Assembly: GCA_002070505.1 (NCBI GenBank)
Contig: MWDJ01000003.1
Span: forward strand, 14,103 to 78,102
Direction of reading: 5' to 3'
DNA: 64,000 nucleotides
Source: Bacteroidetes bacterium ADurb.Bin145
GTDB lineage: Bacteria > Bacteroidota > Bacteroidia > Bacteroidales > VadinHA17
Shown: piece by piece, positions 18,299 through 28,566 of the stretch
Numbering within the stretch: position 1 is the stretch's first letter
How the letters are laid out: every line of letters begins with the position of its first letter
The notes under the pieces: model-generated
The model's database searches: none
What the model was told of the DNA's origin: nothing
The model's input: the letters and a program-made list of their open reading frames with translations, nothing else
Made by a program: the position numbers and the translations under genes

Positions 18299-19555
18299 AT
18301 GAAACAAAAGAAAATACTTAGGATCCTCATTATAGTTGTCGTTGTTCTGCTTGTGTTTGCAATTATCGGGAAAAAAGCAGGATGGTTCGGGAAAGCTGCA
18401 ACAGTTAAGGTTGCTGTTGAATATGCTGTCAGACGGGAGATAACTGAAACCATAACTGCAAACGGAAAAATCCAGCCCGAGAAGGAAGTAAAGATTACTC
18501 CGGATGTTTCCGGGGAAATTGTGGAGCTTAACGTCAGGGAGGGAGACCAGGTAAAAAAGGGAGCACTTCTTCTGAGAATCAAGCCCGATGTTTATATATC
18601 ACAAAGGGACCGGTCGCTTGCAGCAATAAGTTCAGCAAGGGCTCGTCTGGCCCAGGCTGAGGCTCAGTTTACCCAGGCTGAACTCGCATTTGGCAGAACC
18701 AGACAGCTCTTTGCCGAACAGACAATCTCCAAATCTGAATTTGAACAGGCCGAAGCATCATATAATGTGGCAAAAGCTGAGGTCGACGCCGCCAGATTTT
18801 CAGTCGTCAGTTCAGAAGCTTCATTGAAAGAAGCAAATGAGAATCTTATCAAGACCTCGATAAATGCTCCGATGTCAGGAACTGTTTCAATGCTTCTTGT
18901 AGAACTAGGAGAAAGAGTCGCCGGTACCAACCTGATGGCCGGTACTGAGATACTGCGTATTGCCGATCTGTCACGAATGGAAGCCCGGGTTGAAGTCAAT
19001 GAAAATGATATTGTAAGGGTCAGCCTTGGAGATACAGCTCTTATTGAGGTTGATGCTTATCTTGACAGGAAATTCAAAGGGATAGTGACTGAGATAGCAA
19101 ACTCAGCAAAGACAACAGGTACATCAGCAGACCAGGTAACCAATTTTGATGTTAAGATCTTTGTCCTGCCGGAATCTTACAAGGATCTTGAAACTGCAGG
19201 TGGCAATCCTTTCAGACCTGGGATGTCGACGACTGTTGAGATCCTGACGGAAACAAAACAGAATATCCTCACTGTACCAATACAATCAGTAACAACAAGG
19301 ACCGATACAACAGAAACAAGGTCAAGTACTTCCAGGGATGATATACGTACAATAGTCTTTTCTACTGACGGTAAATATGCTTATGCAAAAGACGTGAAAA
19401 CCGGGATACAGGATAACAGCTATATTGAGATTATTTCAGGCATTGAAGACAGCGTCAGGGTGGTTTCAGCACCATTCAGTGCGATAAGTAAAAAATTATC
19501 AGACAGCACTCTTGTAGAGATAGTAAAAAAGGATGATCTGTATAAAGAGAAATAG
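18299..19555 (+). CDS. efflux transporter periplasmic adaptor subunit (HlyD/MacA-like)
   Basis: N-terminal anchor, lipoyl-like motif G.I.PEKEVKITPDVSGEIVEL.V.EGD.VKKG.LL, a long coiled coil, and INAPMSGTVS barrel motif. Confidence 0.85.
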   Translation: MKQKKILRILIIVVVVLLVFAIIGKKAGWFGKAATVKVAVEYAVRREITETITANGKIQPEKEVKITPDVSGEIVELNVREGDQVKKGALLLRIKPDVYISQRDRSLAAISSARARLAQAEAQFTQAELAFGRTRQLFAEQTISKSEFEQAEASYNVAKAEVDAARFSVVSSEASLKEANENLIKTSINAPMSGTVSMLLVELGERVAGTNLMAGTEILRIADLSRMEARVEVNENDIVRVSLGDTALIEVDAYLDRKFKGIVTEIANSAKTTGTSADQVTNFDVKIFVLPESYKDLETAGGNPFRPGMSTTVEILTETKQNILTVPIQSVTTRTDTTETRSSTSRDDIRTIVFSTDGKYAYAKDVKTGIQDNSYIEIISGIEDSVRVVSAPFSAISKKLSDSTLVEIVKKDDLYKEK

Positions 19556-19579
19556 GTCGCAGATTCCGGCCCGGGGGCT

Positions 19580-20284
19580 ATGATATTATGTCTTGAAACT
19601 GCTACAACAATCTGTTCTGTCGCGGTATGCAACAGGGAGCAGGTAATTATGGCAAGAGAAAGTGACAAGGATAAATCTCATGCCTCTTCACTCACCATTC
19701 TTATAGGTGAAATACTGAATAAAGCTGATATAAGAGCAAGTGATCTTGAGGCCATTGCTGTAAGCAAAGGTCCCGGATCATACACCGGATTAAGAATAGG
19801 AGTTTCTACTGCCAAGGGAATTTCATACGCAACTTCTATTCCATTGATAGGTATCGATACAACAATCTCAATGTTTTATGGATTTAAGGATCTGATCAGG
19901 AATAAATATTCATTAAATCCAGGTGATCTCTTCTGTCCGATACTTGATGCCCGCAGGATGGAAGTTTATTATTCTGTTATTAATTATGAAGGTAAGGTTG
20001 TCAGGAGCACCCGTGCCGAGGTCATCACACAGGATTCATTCAAAGACCTTCCAGGAGAACCCCGGATCTTCCTATTTGGAAATGGTGCAGACAAATGCAG
20101 GGAAGTAGTAACCCGTGGGAATATTATTTTTTATAATGATTTCAGATTATCGGCTTCATTTATGCAAATTCCGGCATACGAAGCGTTAATTGAAAAACGT
20201 TTTGAGGATGTGGCATATTTTGAACCATTTTATTTAAAAGACTTTTTAACCTCCTCACCCGTTAAAAACATATTAAACAAATAA
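19580..20284 (+). CDS. tsaB: tRNA t6A biosynthesis protein TsaB
   Basis: MILCLETATTICSVAV..., IAVSKGPGSYTGLRIGVSTAKG. Typical size of about 230 aa. Confidence 0.85.
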   Translation: MILCLETATTICSVAVCNREQVIMARESDKDKSHASSLTILIGEILNKADIRASDLEAIAVSKGPGSYTGLRIGVSTAKGISYATSIPLIGIDTTISMFYGFKDLIRNKYSLNPGDLFCPILDARRMEVYYSVINYEGKVVRSTRAEVITQDSFKDLPGEPRIFLFGNGADKCREVVTRGNIIFYNDFRLSASFMQIPAYEALIEKRFEDVAYFEPFYLKDFLTSSPVKNILNK

Positions 20285-20324
20285 ATTGGTCCGCAAATTG
20301 TCTGGTGATTGTTATAAAAACATT

Positions 20325-21104
20325 ATGAAGAGATTTCTTTCTGTCATCTGCTCTGTAACAATATTGATAACTGCTGCCACAAGCCAGATCACTGCCTATC
20401 AGCCTGGAGAGAGGATATTATACACTATTCATTACGGGCCTATTACAGGAGGAGAAGTAACGCTTGAATTGCAGAAGGATACGGCTTCCGGGACAGAACT
20501 CTGGCATTCAGTCCTCGACGGGAAGACAGTCGGACTTGTAGATGCCCTGTTTGAAGTAAGGGATATATACGAGAGCTTTATAGATCCTTACAGCGAACTG
20601 CCTGTCAAATCCATCCGGAACATCAAGGAAGGCAGATACAGGAGATATAATGTTGTTCTTTTTGATCATACAACACGGCCGGATTCTGCAATTCTGACAA
20701 GCGATCTCACAGGGATCCATATTGCCGAAAAAGGGATCCACGATATACTTTCATGCTTTTACTGGTTTCGCAACCGTATACTCCCCGGTATTGATAAAAT
20801 AAAAATCGGGGATGTAATAACTATAACGACATGGTTTACCGACGAACTTTACCCTGTTTCATTAAAATACATTGGCAGTGAAGAAATTAAGACAAAGGCA
20901 GGAAAATTAAAAGCATACAAATTCAATCCGGCTACGGAAGTGGGAAGACTATTCAAAACGGAAGAGGATATTACTATCTGGTTTTCAGCCGATAAAAATT
21001 TTATTCCTGTTAAAATTCGTTTTAATATCTTTGTGGGTGCTTTTATGGTTGAGCTGGTAAGCTATGAAGGTTTGGTTTACCCGCTTGAAATAAAAAAGAG
21101 ATAG
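20325..21104 (+). CDS. DUF3108-like secreted protein
   Basis: Signal peptide from the ATG at 20325 (the track start at 20286 is a TTG and less likely). GERILYTIHYGPITGGEVTLEL and the YKFNP.....LFK....I.IWFSAD...IPVKI pattern match the family. Confidence 0.55.
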   Translation: MKRFLSVICSVTILITAATSQITAYQPGERILYTIHYGPITGGEVTLELQKDTASGTELWHSVLDGKTVGLVDALFEVRDIYESFIDPYSELPVKSIRNIKEGRYRRYNVVLFDHTTRPDSAILTSDLTGIHIAEKGIHDILSCFYWFRNRILPGIDKIKIGDVITITTWFTDELYPVSLKYIGSEEIKTKAGKLKAYKFNPATEVGRLFKTEEDITIWFSADKNFIPVKIRFNIFVGAFMVELVSYEGLVYPLEIKKR

Positions 21105-21123
21105 TTTAATTTTTAAGAGATTT

Positions 21124-21690
21124 ATGGCTACTACTGCAGACTTCAGGAATGGGATGGTGATTGAGTTCAACAACGACCTTTACACAATCGTACAATTTCA
21201 GCATGTTAAACCGGGCAAGGGACCGGCTTTTGTAAGAACAAAACTAAAGAGCATTAAAACAGGAAGGGTGCTTGATAACACTTTTTCATCAGGGACAAAA
21301 GTGAATGTTGCGAGAGTTGAAAGACGTCCATATCAGTATTTGTATAAAGATGATATCGGGTATTATTTTATGCATCGCGAAACATACGAGCAGATCCATG
21401 TTGAGGAATTTGTGATAGATAATCCGGAATTCCTTATGGAAGGACAAAATGTTGAGGTTGTTGTTCATGCCGATACAGAGAATGTTCTGTCAGTTGAACT
21501 GCCTCAGTTTGTTGTAATGGAAGTTGTTTATTCCGAGAAAGGTCTTAAAGGGGATACTGCTACAAATGCTTACAAACAGGCAAAACTGGAGAACGGCAGT
21601 ACCATTATGGTTCCCCTCTTCGTCAATACCGGAGATAAAATTAGAATTGATACCCGCGATAAGGTTTACGTGGAAAGGGTTAAAGGCTAA
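21124..21690 (+). CDS. efp: elongation factor P
   Basis: ATTADFRNGMVIEFNNDLYTIVQFQHVKPGKGPAFVRTKLK, 188 aa, canonical EF-P. Confidence 0.95.
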   Translation: MATTADFRNGMVIEFNNDLYTIVQFQHVKPGKGPAFVRTKLKSIKTGRVLDNTFSSGTKVNVARVERRPYQYLYKDDIGYYFMHRETYEQIHVEEFVIDNPEFLMEGQNVEVVVHADTENVLSVELPQFVVMEVVYSEKGLKGDTATNAYKQAKLENGSTIMVPLFVNTGDKIRIDTRDKVYVERVKG

Positions 21691-21698
21691 TACTTCAG

Positions 21699-22922
21699 AT
21701 GGAAGATAAAAGGAATCTGTCCGACAGGTTAAAAATATCCAAATTCAAGCTGGATTCGCTTCTGGATATAACTACGTCGATCAATGCCAATCTTCCTACC
21801 GAGGAACTCCTTGCCAAATATGAATCCATACTGAGGGAAAACCTGGGGATCGGCAAGATACTGATCCTTAAACGATCTGACACCTGGGAATGCCTTATGA
21901 ACGGGGGTTTCCCGAAAAATCTTGAGACAATTGATGTCGAATCACGACTACTGGATTATGATGATATAACATACGTTTCGCCTGAAATGGGGTTTGAAGG
22001 CGTGGATATAATTGTTCCGGTATTCAACAACAACGTTCACCTGGCATTTATTTTTATCGGCGATATCGAGGAAGAGGGAGAAGGCATGAGCCCGGTACTC
22101 AAGCACCTTACATTCATCCAGACAATTTCAAGTATAATTATAGTAGCGATTGAAAATATCAGGCTTCATAAGGAGAGCCTCCGACAGGAAGCTCTTAAAA
22201 AAGAGCTTGAGCTTGCCTCAAGGATGCAGAAAATGCTGATCCCCGATAACAGTCATATGCCCTGTAATCCTCAGATAGCTGTAACCGGGTTTTATCATCC
22301 CCACTATGAAGTGGGTGGAGATTATTACGACTGCATTAAGCTTTCTGAGACAAAAACCGGTCTATGTATCGCTGACGTATCGGGAAAAGGAATATCAGCC
22401 GCCCTGCTGATGTCGAATTTCCAGGCCAGCTTAAGGGCACTCCTAACAGCCGAGATCCATCTTGAAACACTTATACATAAGCTTAATTCATTAGTGATTT
22501 CAAATGCAGCAGGTGAAAGATTCATAACATTCTTTATTGCCCGGTACGACCACAGGAAAAGAACTCTTGAATATATCAATGCCGCACATAACGCTCCTGT
22601 ATTGTACTATACTGAATCAAATGAGGTTGTGCATCTTAATTCATCTTGTGTCGGTCTTGGTATGCTCGATGAGATACCTGTCGCCAACAGGACAGAGATT
22701 CGCATAAAAGAATATTCTAAAATTGTCTGCTATACCGACGGCCTTTCAGAGTTAAAAGGTGAAGACGGAAGGGAGATCGGTACAAGGGAGATAATCCGTC
22801 ATATATCAAATAAAGATCCCGTGGAACAGAATCTGGAGGCGATGATCAGGAAACTCGGAATCCCTGATACAAATCCTTATCTTTTTGATGATGTCTCTAT
22901 AATAGCCGCTGACCTACGATAG
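21699..22922 (+). CDS. SpoIIE/PP2C-family serine phosphatase with N-terminal sensor (GAF-like) domain
   Basis: LELASRMQKMLIP, GGDYYD, IADVSGKGISAALLMS, ERFITFF and CYTDGLSE are SpoIIE/PP2C blocks. Confidence 0.8.
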   Translation: MEDKRNLSDRLKISKFKLDSLLDITTSINANLPTEELLAKYESILRENLGIGKILILKRSDTWECLMNGGFPKNLETIDVESRLLDYDDITYVSPEMGFEGVDIIVPVFNNNVHLAFIFIGDIEEEGEGMSPVLKHLTFIQTISSIIIVAIENIRLHKESLRQEALKKELELASRMQKMLIPDNSHMPCNPQIAVTGFYHPHYEVGGDYYDCIKLSETKTGLCIADVSGKGISAALLMSNFQASLRALLTAEIHLETLIHKLNSLVISNAAGERFITFFIARYDHRKRTLEYINAAHNAPVLYYTESNEVVHLNSSCVGLGMLDEIPVANRTEIRIKEYSKIVCYTDGLSELKGEDGREIGTREIIRHISNKDPVEQNLEAMIRKLGIPDTNPYLFDDVSIIAADLR

Positions 22923-22925
22923 AAA

Positions 22926-24218
22926 TCAGACGGCCCTTATCAGATAGTAGTTTTTCTTGCCTTTCTGGATCAGGAGATATTTATCATTCAATAACTGGTC
23001 CTCTCCGATCAGGATTTCCGGATCATCGATTTTCTTCTTGTTAAGGCTCACACCACCACCCTGCACCATCCTTCTAAGCTCACTTTTTGAACCGAAAACC
23101 TGCGAATGTTCGGCACAGAGAGATGTGAACGTAACACCACCGACAAGTAAATTCCTGTTAATATCGAATGCCGGGACACCATCAAAGACTGAAAGGAATG
23201 TCGATTCATTCATCTTTCTCAGGGTTTCCGTTGTACCCTTCCCGAAAAGTATCTGTGATGCTTCAACTGCCGATTGGTAATCATCGCGTGAGTGAACCAT
23301 TACAGTAACTTCCTCGGCAAGTCTTTTTTGAAGAATTCTCTCGTGTGGTGAATTATTATGTTCTGTAATCAGCTTCTCGATTTCATCGCGCCCGATAAGG
23401 GTAAATATTTTAATATATCTTGCAGCATCCTCATCTGAAACATTCAGCCAGAACTGGTAAAAATTATATGGTGATGTTTTTTCCGGATCAAGCCATACAT
23501 TGCCCGATTCAGTTTTTCCGAACTTGGTGCCATCAGATTTTGTGATCAGCGGACATGTAAGAGCGAAAGCTTCCCCTCCGGTCTTACGCCTGATAAGCTC
23601 TGTTCCGGTTACAATATTGCCCCACTGATCTGATCCTCCCATCTGCAATCTGCATCCTATTTCATTATACAGATGCAGGAAGTCATAGCCCTGAACAAGC
23701 TGGTAAGAGAATTCCGTGAATGACATTCCTTCACGTGAATCTGATCCCAGTCTTTTCTTAACCGAATCTTTCGACATCATATAGTTGACTGTTATATGTT
23801 TGCCTATCTGCCGGATGAATTCAAGGAATGAGAAATCCTTCATCCAGTCATAATTGTTAACCATAACAGCCTTATTCTTTATACCCGATTCAAAATCGAG
23901 GAATTTTGAAAGTTGTTTCTTAATTCCTTCCTGGTTCCTGCGCAGGGTAGCCTCGTCGAGAAGGTTTCTTTCTTCTGATCTTCCGGAGGGATCTCCAATC
24001 ATTCCTGTTGCACCACCAACAAGGGCTACAGGAATATGCCCTGCCCTCTGAAAATGTACCAGTAACATAACCTGAACCATATGACCGATATGCAAGGAAT
24101 CGGCAGTCGGATCAAACCCTATATACCCTGCTGCAATCTCCTTTTCAAGCATCTCCTCAGTTCCCGGCATGATATCATGCACCATACCTCTCCACCTGAG
24201 TTCTTCTACAAAATTCAT
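22926..24218 (-). CDS. tyrS: tyrosine--tRNA ligase
   Basis: [13 protein letters not shown] (HIGH motif), KFGKTESG (KMSKS-like), C-terminal S4 domain. Confidence 0.95.
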   Translation of the reverse strand: MNFVEELRWRGMVHDIMPGTEEMLEKEIAAGYIGFDPTADSLHIGHMVQVMLLVHFQRAGHIPVALVGGATGMIGDPSGRSEERNLLDEATLRRNQEGIKKQLSKFLDFESGIKNKAVMVNNYDWMKDFSFLEFIRQIGKHITVNYMMSKDSVKKRLGSDSREGMSFTEFSYQLVQGYDFLHLYNEIGCRLQMGGSDQWGNIVTGTELIRRKTGGEAFALTCPLITKSDGTKFGKTESGNVWLDPEKTSPYNFYQFWLNVSDEDAARYIKIFTLIGRDEIEKLITEHNNSPHERILQKRLAEEVTVMVHSRDDYQSAVEASQILFGKGTTETLRKMNESTFLSVFDGVPAFDINRNLLVGGVTFTSLCAEHSQVFGSKSELRRMVQGGGVSLNKKKIDDPEILIGEDQLLNDKYLLIQKGKKNYYLIRAV

Positions 24219-24258
24219 ACACTGTAAGTTTAGAGAAATGCAAATATAGTAAACACGA

Positions 24259-24813
24259 TCAAATTATGATCTCGGTGGGTTTTTCTTCAGGCTTGTTCTT
24301 TTTTTTCAGCCTGTCAAAACTCTGGTTAAAATTACCTTCTCCGAGTACAGGGAATATAGCCGGAACAATATCCGATATCGGATTATATAGTTTGGATCTC
24401 CCGATTTTCTCCTTATTGATAAACGGTCTACGGGCATCGATGGCGTTCAGTACGCAAAATACAACACTCAGGATCAGCACGTTTTTGATAAGTCCGAATA
24501 ATATACCAAGTATCTTGTTAAGAAAGCCGAGAGACACCGAATCGACAACCTTGTCGGCCAGTATGCCGACAAAATGAATGATGACAACTATCACTCCGAA
24601 GGTGATCAGGAAGGCTATTATTCCGACGTACTGACCGCTCATATCGAACCATTCATACAGTTTCCCTGCGGTGAAAGTGGAGAATTTTATTGCGCCCCAG
24701 ATACCGATCACAAGAGCTGCCAGGGCTGCAACTTCTTTCACAAAACCATCGATAAAACCGCGGACAAATGCGATTCCAAGGATAATAAGTATAACAATGT
24801 CAATCCAGTTCAT
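24259..24813 (-). CDS. cvpA: CvpA-family membrane protein
   Basis: [27 protein letters not shown]... with four TM helices. Typical CvpA N-terminus. Confidence 0.75.
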   Translation of the reverse strand: MNWIDIVILIILGIAFVRGFIDGFVKEVAALAALVIGIWGAIKFSTFTAGKLYEWFDMSGQYVGIIAFLITFGVIVVIIHFVGILADKVVDSVSLGFLNKILGILFGLIKNVLILSVVFCVLNAIDARRPFINKEKIGRSKLYNPISDIVPAIFPVLGEGNFNQSFDRLKKKNKPEEKPTEIII

Positions 24814-24880
24814 GTCTTATTAATTGAAAGAGTGAAAGTATGAAACTAAAGTGATTAATCAAAATGATGGACAGCGAAAC

Positions 24881-24923
24881 GGCGTTAAGGCATTACGGCG
24901 TAAAGGCGTTACGGCATTAAGGC
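24881..24923. repeat. tandem 8-bp repeat (GGCRTWAM) x about 5.4
   Basis: ggcgttaa ggcattac ggcgtaaa ggcgttac ggcattaa ggc read directly. A CCCCCTT/AAGGGGG hairpin follows at 24938-24953. Confidence 0.7.
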
Positions 24924-25079
24924 TGCACAAAGGGATTCCCCCTTTGAAGGGGGTTAGGGGGATGTAAGAAATGGCTCTGGGAGTAGTGATTTGGAAAAGG
25001 TATTACATTTTTACTGGTTCCGGGAAAAGATGATCAGGTTGGGAATGAGAAAAAAAAGATATATTTTTGCGAGCTGAAT

Positions 25080-25151
25080 GGTCCTATAGTTCAATGGATA
25101 GAACGGAGGTTTCCTAAACCTTAAATCCAGGTTCGATTCCTGGTGGGACTA
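25080..25151 (+). tRNA. tRNA-Arg (anticodon CCU); integration target of the island
   Basis: Hand-folded: acceptor GGTCCTA/TGGGACT (two G-U pairs), D arm GTTC/GAAC, anticodon stem GAGGT/ACCTT with loop TTCCTAA (CCU), T arm CCAGG-TTCGATT-CCTGG, discriminator A. CCA is not encoded. Confidence 0.9.
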
Positions 25152-25153
25152 CA
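25140..25153 (+). repeat. attL core (direct repeat within tRNA-Arg 3' end)
   Basis: CTGGTGGGACTACA, identical to 57823-57836. Confidence 0.75.
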
Positions 25154-25157
25154 GTTG

Positions 25158-25186
25158 AACCCTGTATACAGTTGATATACAGGGTT
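25158..25186 (+). terminator. island-borne hairpin directly after tRNA-Arg
   Basis: 11-bp perfect stem AACCCTGTATA / TATACAGGGTT with loop CAGTTGA, followed by TTCT. Confidence 0.5.
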
Positions 25187-25193
25187 TTCTGTT

Positions 25194-25242
25194 ATTAACA
25201 ACCAGAAATAGTATAAAATTAACAACCAAAATTAACAACCAG
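25194..25242 (+). repeat. three direct ATTAACAACCAR repeats (putative integrase arm-type sites, left end)
   Basis: ATTAACAACCAG at 25194, ATTAACAACCAA at 25218, ATTAACAACCAG at 25231. The same motif occurs three times at 57725-57760 in the same orientation. Confidence 0.6.
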
Positions 25243-25542
25243 AAAGATAAAAATATTATATTTTTCTCACCCCGACTGATTAAAACAAAATGCCATTGTA
25301 AATCAATTATATACAATGGCATTTTTCTTTGTAGTAGAAAAAGTTGTAGAATAATAATATATCGCTTTTATCTGATTCTCCCACTTCGTCTCCTGCCAAT
25401 GGCTTATTTTCCTTTCATTATCAAATCTTAAACACATACAATGGATTTCACCCATACTATAAGGGTTTTACCAAGTCTTTCTGAGACTTTCATTTAATTG
25501 AGTTTCAATGTAATTTTATGGGTAAACTTAAAACTTGCACTC

Positions 25543-25857
25543 ATGGAAAATCCCTTCGAAATTCTTGACCAAAGATTATCTTCAATCGAAGAAAAACTCG
25601 ACAACCTAATCCAAAGAATCGAGAACCAGAAAGACACTTCTGTTCTCGACCCAACATGGGTAACCACAAAGCAACTCTCTGAACATCTCGGTATTTCAAC
25701 TGCTGCTGTGACTAATATCAGGGGCACAAAAATACCTTATTATAAAATCGGTGGCAGAATCTTATTCAAACGTGAAGAAGTGGACGAATACATCCAGAAA
25801 TCCCGATATATGAATGGTAGAGATAATTTGGATGAGTATTTAAAACGACATCACTGA
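25543..25857 (+). CDS. helix-turn-helix excisionase-family (HTH_17/MerR-like) DNA-binding protein
   Basis: WVTTKQLSEHLGISTAAVTNIRGTKIPYYKIGGRILFKREEVDEYI is the typical Xis/AlpA-like winged HTH. ATG at 25543 is preferred over the track start at 25498. Confidence 0.7.
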   Translation: MENPFEILDQRLSSIEEKLDNLIQRIENQKDTSVLDPTWVTTKQLSEHLGISTAAVTNIRGTKIPYYKIGGRILFKREEVDEYIQKSRYMNGRDNLDEYLKRHH

Positions 25858-25905
25858 AGAGAAATTGAGGAACAGAAGAAATACGAATTTTTAAACTCAA
25901 TTGAA

Positions 25906-26673
25906 ATGGAAGAAAATGATAATTCCCCGCTAAGTCGGGAAGATAAAATATTGTCTGAACTCAAGCAGTTAAAGATGCTGTTTACAGTTCTTTTGGGCAC
26001 GGAAGACTTACCAGTCAAAGAAAAATTCTCAAGAGCAGCCATAACCAAAGCAGCAAGCGAATTCAAAAAAATGCAAGCAGAACGGGGGGAATGGGTGGAG
26101 AACAGTGAAGTAAGTACGATTATTAAACATGCTCCTTACTATCCTGCAAAAATACTTATTGAAGAATTCAAATTCAAAAATTACTTCAAGAGAGGTAGTA
26201 CATATTATTTAAAAAGAAGAGACCTAATAGACCTAAATAAGGAACTGAAGAAAAGAAATATCAATCTTGAAACTTACAGCAATTTATTGCAGGACAGGGA
26301 AAAGTTCCAGAAATATATCGACAATATTTCTCAACCTGAGAGAAGTAAGAAAAGAAGAAGATTTACAATACCTGAAGGACTTGAGAATATATTTTCACGA
26401 CCGTACTCGCCTCCAAATGAGGAATTGGTGAGGAATGAGATTAAGACGTTATGGGAAGAATATGAGAAATATAATTTAAGCGAGTATGTGGATTTATATT
26501 ATAAAAATACTTATGCAGTTTTTAAGTATATATATCATTGGGATAAATACTTAGACCCCAGAACTAAGAAGCAAAGCAAACAGTGGTGTGAAAAATTTAA
26601 ATATGCGAATGAGGCTTTAAAACGAATCTTGGAACATAAAAAGAAGAAGATATTGGGGAAAAATGATTTGTAA
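25906..26673 (+). CDS. hypothetical protein (basic, helical; island-specific)
   Basis: Long ORF next to the excisionase-like gene. No motif recognised. Confidence 0.4.
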   Translation: MEENDNSPLSREDKILSELKQLKMLFTVLLGTEDLPVKEKFSRAAITKAASEFKKMQAERGEWVENSEVSTIIKHAPYYPAKILIEEFKFKNYFKRGSTYYLKRRDLIDLNKELKKRNINLETYSNLLQDREKFQKYIDNISQPERSKKRRRFTIPEGLENIFSRPYSPPNEELVRNEIKTLWEEYEKYNLSEYVDLYYKNTYAVFKYIYHWDKYLDPRTKKQSKQWCEKFKYANEALKRILEHKKKKILGKNDL

Positions 26674-26763
26674 TTTAAACTCAACCAGAAGACATGCTAC
26701 AGAACATACTAATAAGTACTCTATTTTCACCCAGAGCATGTTATGCTTGCTATCATCGAATAT

Positions 26764-28374
26764 TTAATGGTCAACTAATCTTAAACCAATATTAAAAACA
26801 TGAAGTTTCAGATTATTTTCAACTCTCTCCCACAACACCTCTTCATTTTCAATCTTTTTGTAACGCAATAGATAACTTTTTGGATATAATATCTTGGTTG
26901 GTCGAATCCACGCTTCACGTTTTAGTCCCTTCGATTCATCAAGGTATGTTACACGAAAAATGAAATGGTGCACTTGAATGTTGACCATAAAGAATTCATT
27001 TGCTATGTCCTCTGCAATTCTCTTATCCAATTTCTCCACACTTAATAAGTCAGCGAATGCTTTTATACCTTTGTTTACAATGAAATCGATATCTGATGAT
27101 TCAACTTCTGCTATCTCAATCAAAAAACCTTCTGGAATGTCACCATTCTTTATATCAGAGAGTGCATTATCAGGAAGTATTGGACTAAGGTTGCCCTTTA
27201 ATGAAAGCAAAATGGATTTAATAATAAGCCATAATGCCAATTGTTTTGAATTCTGGTCATCGATTGTTAAATCACTTATTTTCTCTCGAAAGCCATCTTT
27301 CTCATCCACCAAAAAACCTTTCGCCTTTTCTTCAAGTTGGGACATCCATGTACCATTACAGTCAGCACAAACCAAATGGCTTGTATAACCATATGAACTT
27401 TCAGTTCCTTTAGAGACTCCGCTTTTCAGTGTTTCTAACAATTTGTCGTCAGGAGTTCGAGCATGAAGAGTACTGGCGAATTTCTTCTCTGGAAAGTAGG
27501 CTCTCATCCACTGTGCAAAGATATGTTCTTGGCTTACCTCGCTTGAACCACAAAAAATGCATTTATTGCTTTCGTGTTGAGGTATAACAATTATCTTCTC
27601 ACCCTTCCCCAATGTACTTACCAAATCAATAATTCTGGTAAATGGCTGTAAATACGTTTTCGGAATCTCGATTTTAAATACAGACTGTTCACTGTCTTGT
27701 TCTTCGCTAAAGGATACTAATCCATCATTGTTTCCTTTTTTCTTGTTCAATATTTTTAATCCCGTTCCACCATATGGATTAAGCGTTTCTGTTATCTCTT
27801 TTAAATACGTGTACCACTCCCGTGGAACTGGCATTTCAGTTGTTTCAATATCTTCAAGCCACAAAAGATACTTATTGTTATTAATTGCAAAACAATAGTA
27901 GCAATCGACCCAATGGAGATTGTTTTTATTCTTTTCATTATAAAACACATACGATTCACAAGGGATATGAACTGAGCCTAAAATCTCCATCAACTGATTA
28001 GGGGATTCAAGGTTACCATGTATCAACCTTCTTGTATTTTCAATAAAATACCCTTCTGTTGTTCCTATTCTAATCTTACATCCATATTTATGGGCGAACA
28101 ATTTAAGCACATCAAGCAAGGGCACATTATGCGTTATTAATTCTGATGGAATCCAATACGCAAATGAGAACAGTATTTCTTTCTTTACAAGTTGTGTGGC
28201 TAACAATAAAAAAGCACACTTACCATTCTTAAATTCCTTTAAATGAAGTGTTACATTATTTTCCAATTTCTGTACAACTGTAGATAATTTAAATGTTTCA
28301 TACACATGAGAATCATCAATATGAAACTTGTTTTTATACACCTGATGATATGCTTCTGTTAATATCAATTCCAT
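26764..28374 (-). CDS. two-domain protein: unknown N-terminal half plus HNH_5-like nuclease motif region
   Basis: CIFCGSSEVSQEHIFAQWM ... VCADCNGTWMSQLEEKAK matches the CxxC..EH / CxxCN pattern of HNH_5-type endonucleases. ATG (MELILTEAY) at 28374 is preferred over 28416. Divergent from hsdM. Confidence 0.5.
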   Translation of the reverse strand: MELILTEAYHQVYKNKFHIDDSHVYETFKLSTVVQKLENNVTLHLKEFKNGKCAFLLLATQLVKKEILFSFAYWIPSELITHNVPLLDVLKLFAHKYGCKIRIGTTEGYFIENTRRLIHGNLESPNQLMEILGSVHIPCESYVFYNEKNKNNLHWVDCYYCFAINNNKYLLWLEDIETTEMPVPREWYTYLKEITETLNPYGGTGLKILNKKKGNNDGLVSFSEEQDSEQSVFKIEIPKTYLQPFTRIIDLVSTLGKGEKIIVIPQHESNKCIFCGSSEVSQEHIFAQWMRAYFPEKKFASTLHARTPDDKLLETLKSGVSKGTESSYGYTSHLVCADCNGTWMSQLEEKAKGFLVDEKDGFREKISDLTIDDQNSKQLALWLIIKSILLSLKGNLSPILPDNALSDIKNGDIPEGFLIEIAEVESSDIDFIVNKGIKAFADLLSVEKLDKRIAEDIANEFFMVNIQVHHFIFRVTYLDESKGLKREAWIRPTKILYPKSYLLRYKKIENEEVLWERVENNLKLHVFNIGLRLVDH

Positions 28375-28566
28375 ACTATCAAAAATAACAAAAAGGTATA
28401 AACTCGTTATAATCAAAAATTAACACATTGCAATAAACAATCAGAATGAATATCTTAGATGCTTATTTTGACTTCCCATTAGAATTCCGTCATGAAGTGT
28501 AGGGTTTGAGGCATTCCTAATTGGGAATCAAATATTTATTTGTTCAACAAAAAGTAAAACGACCTA

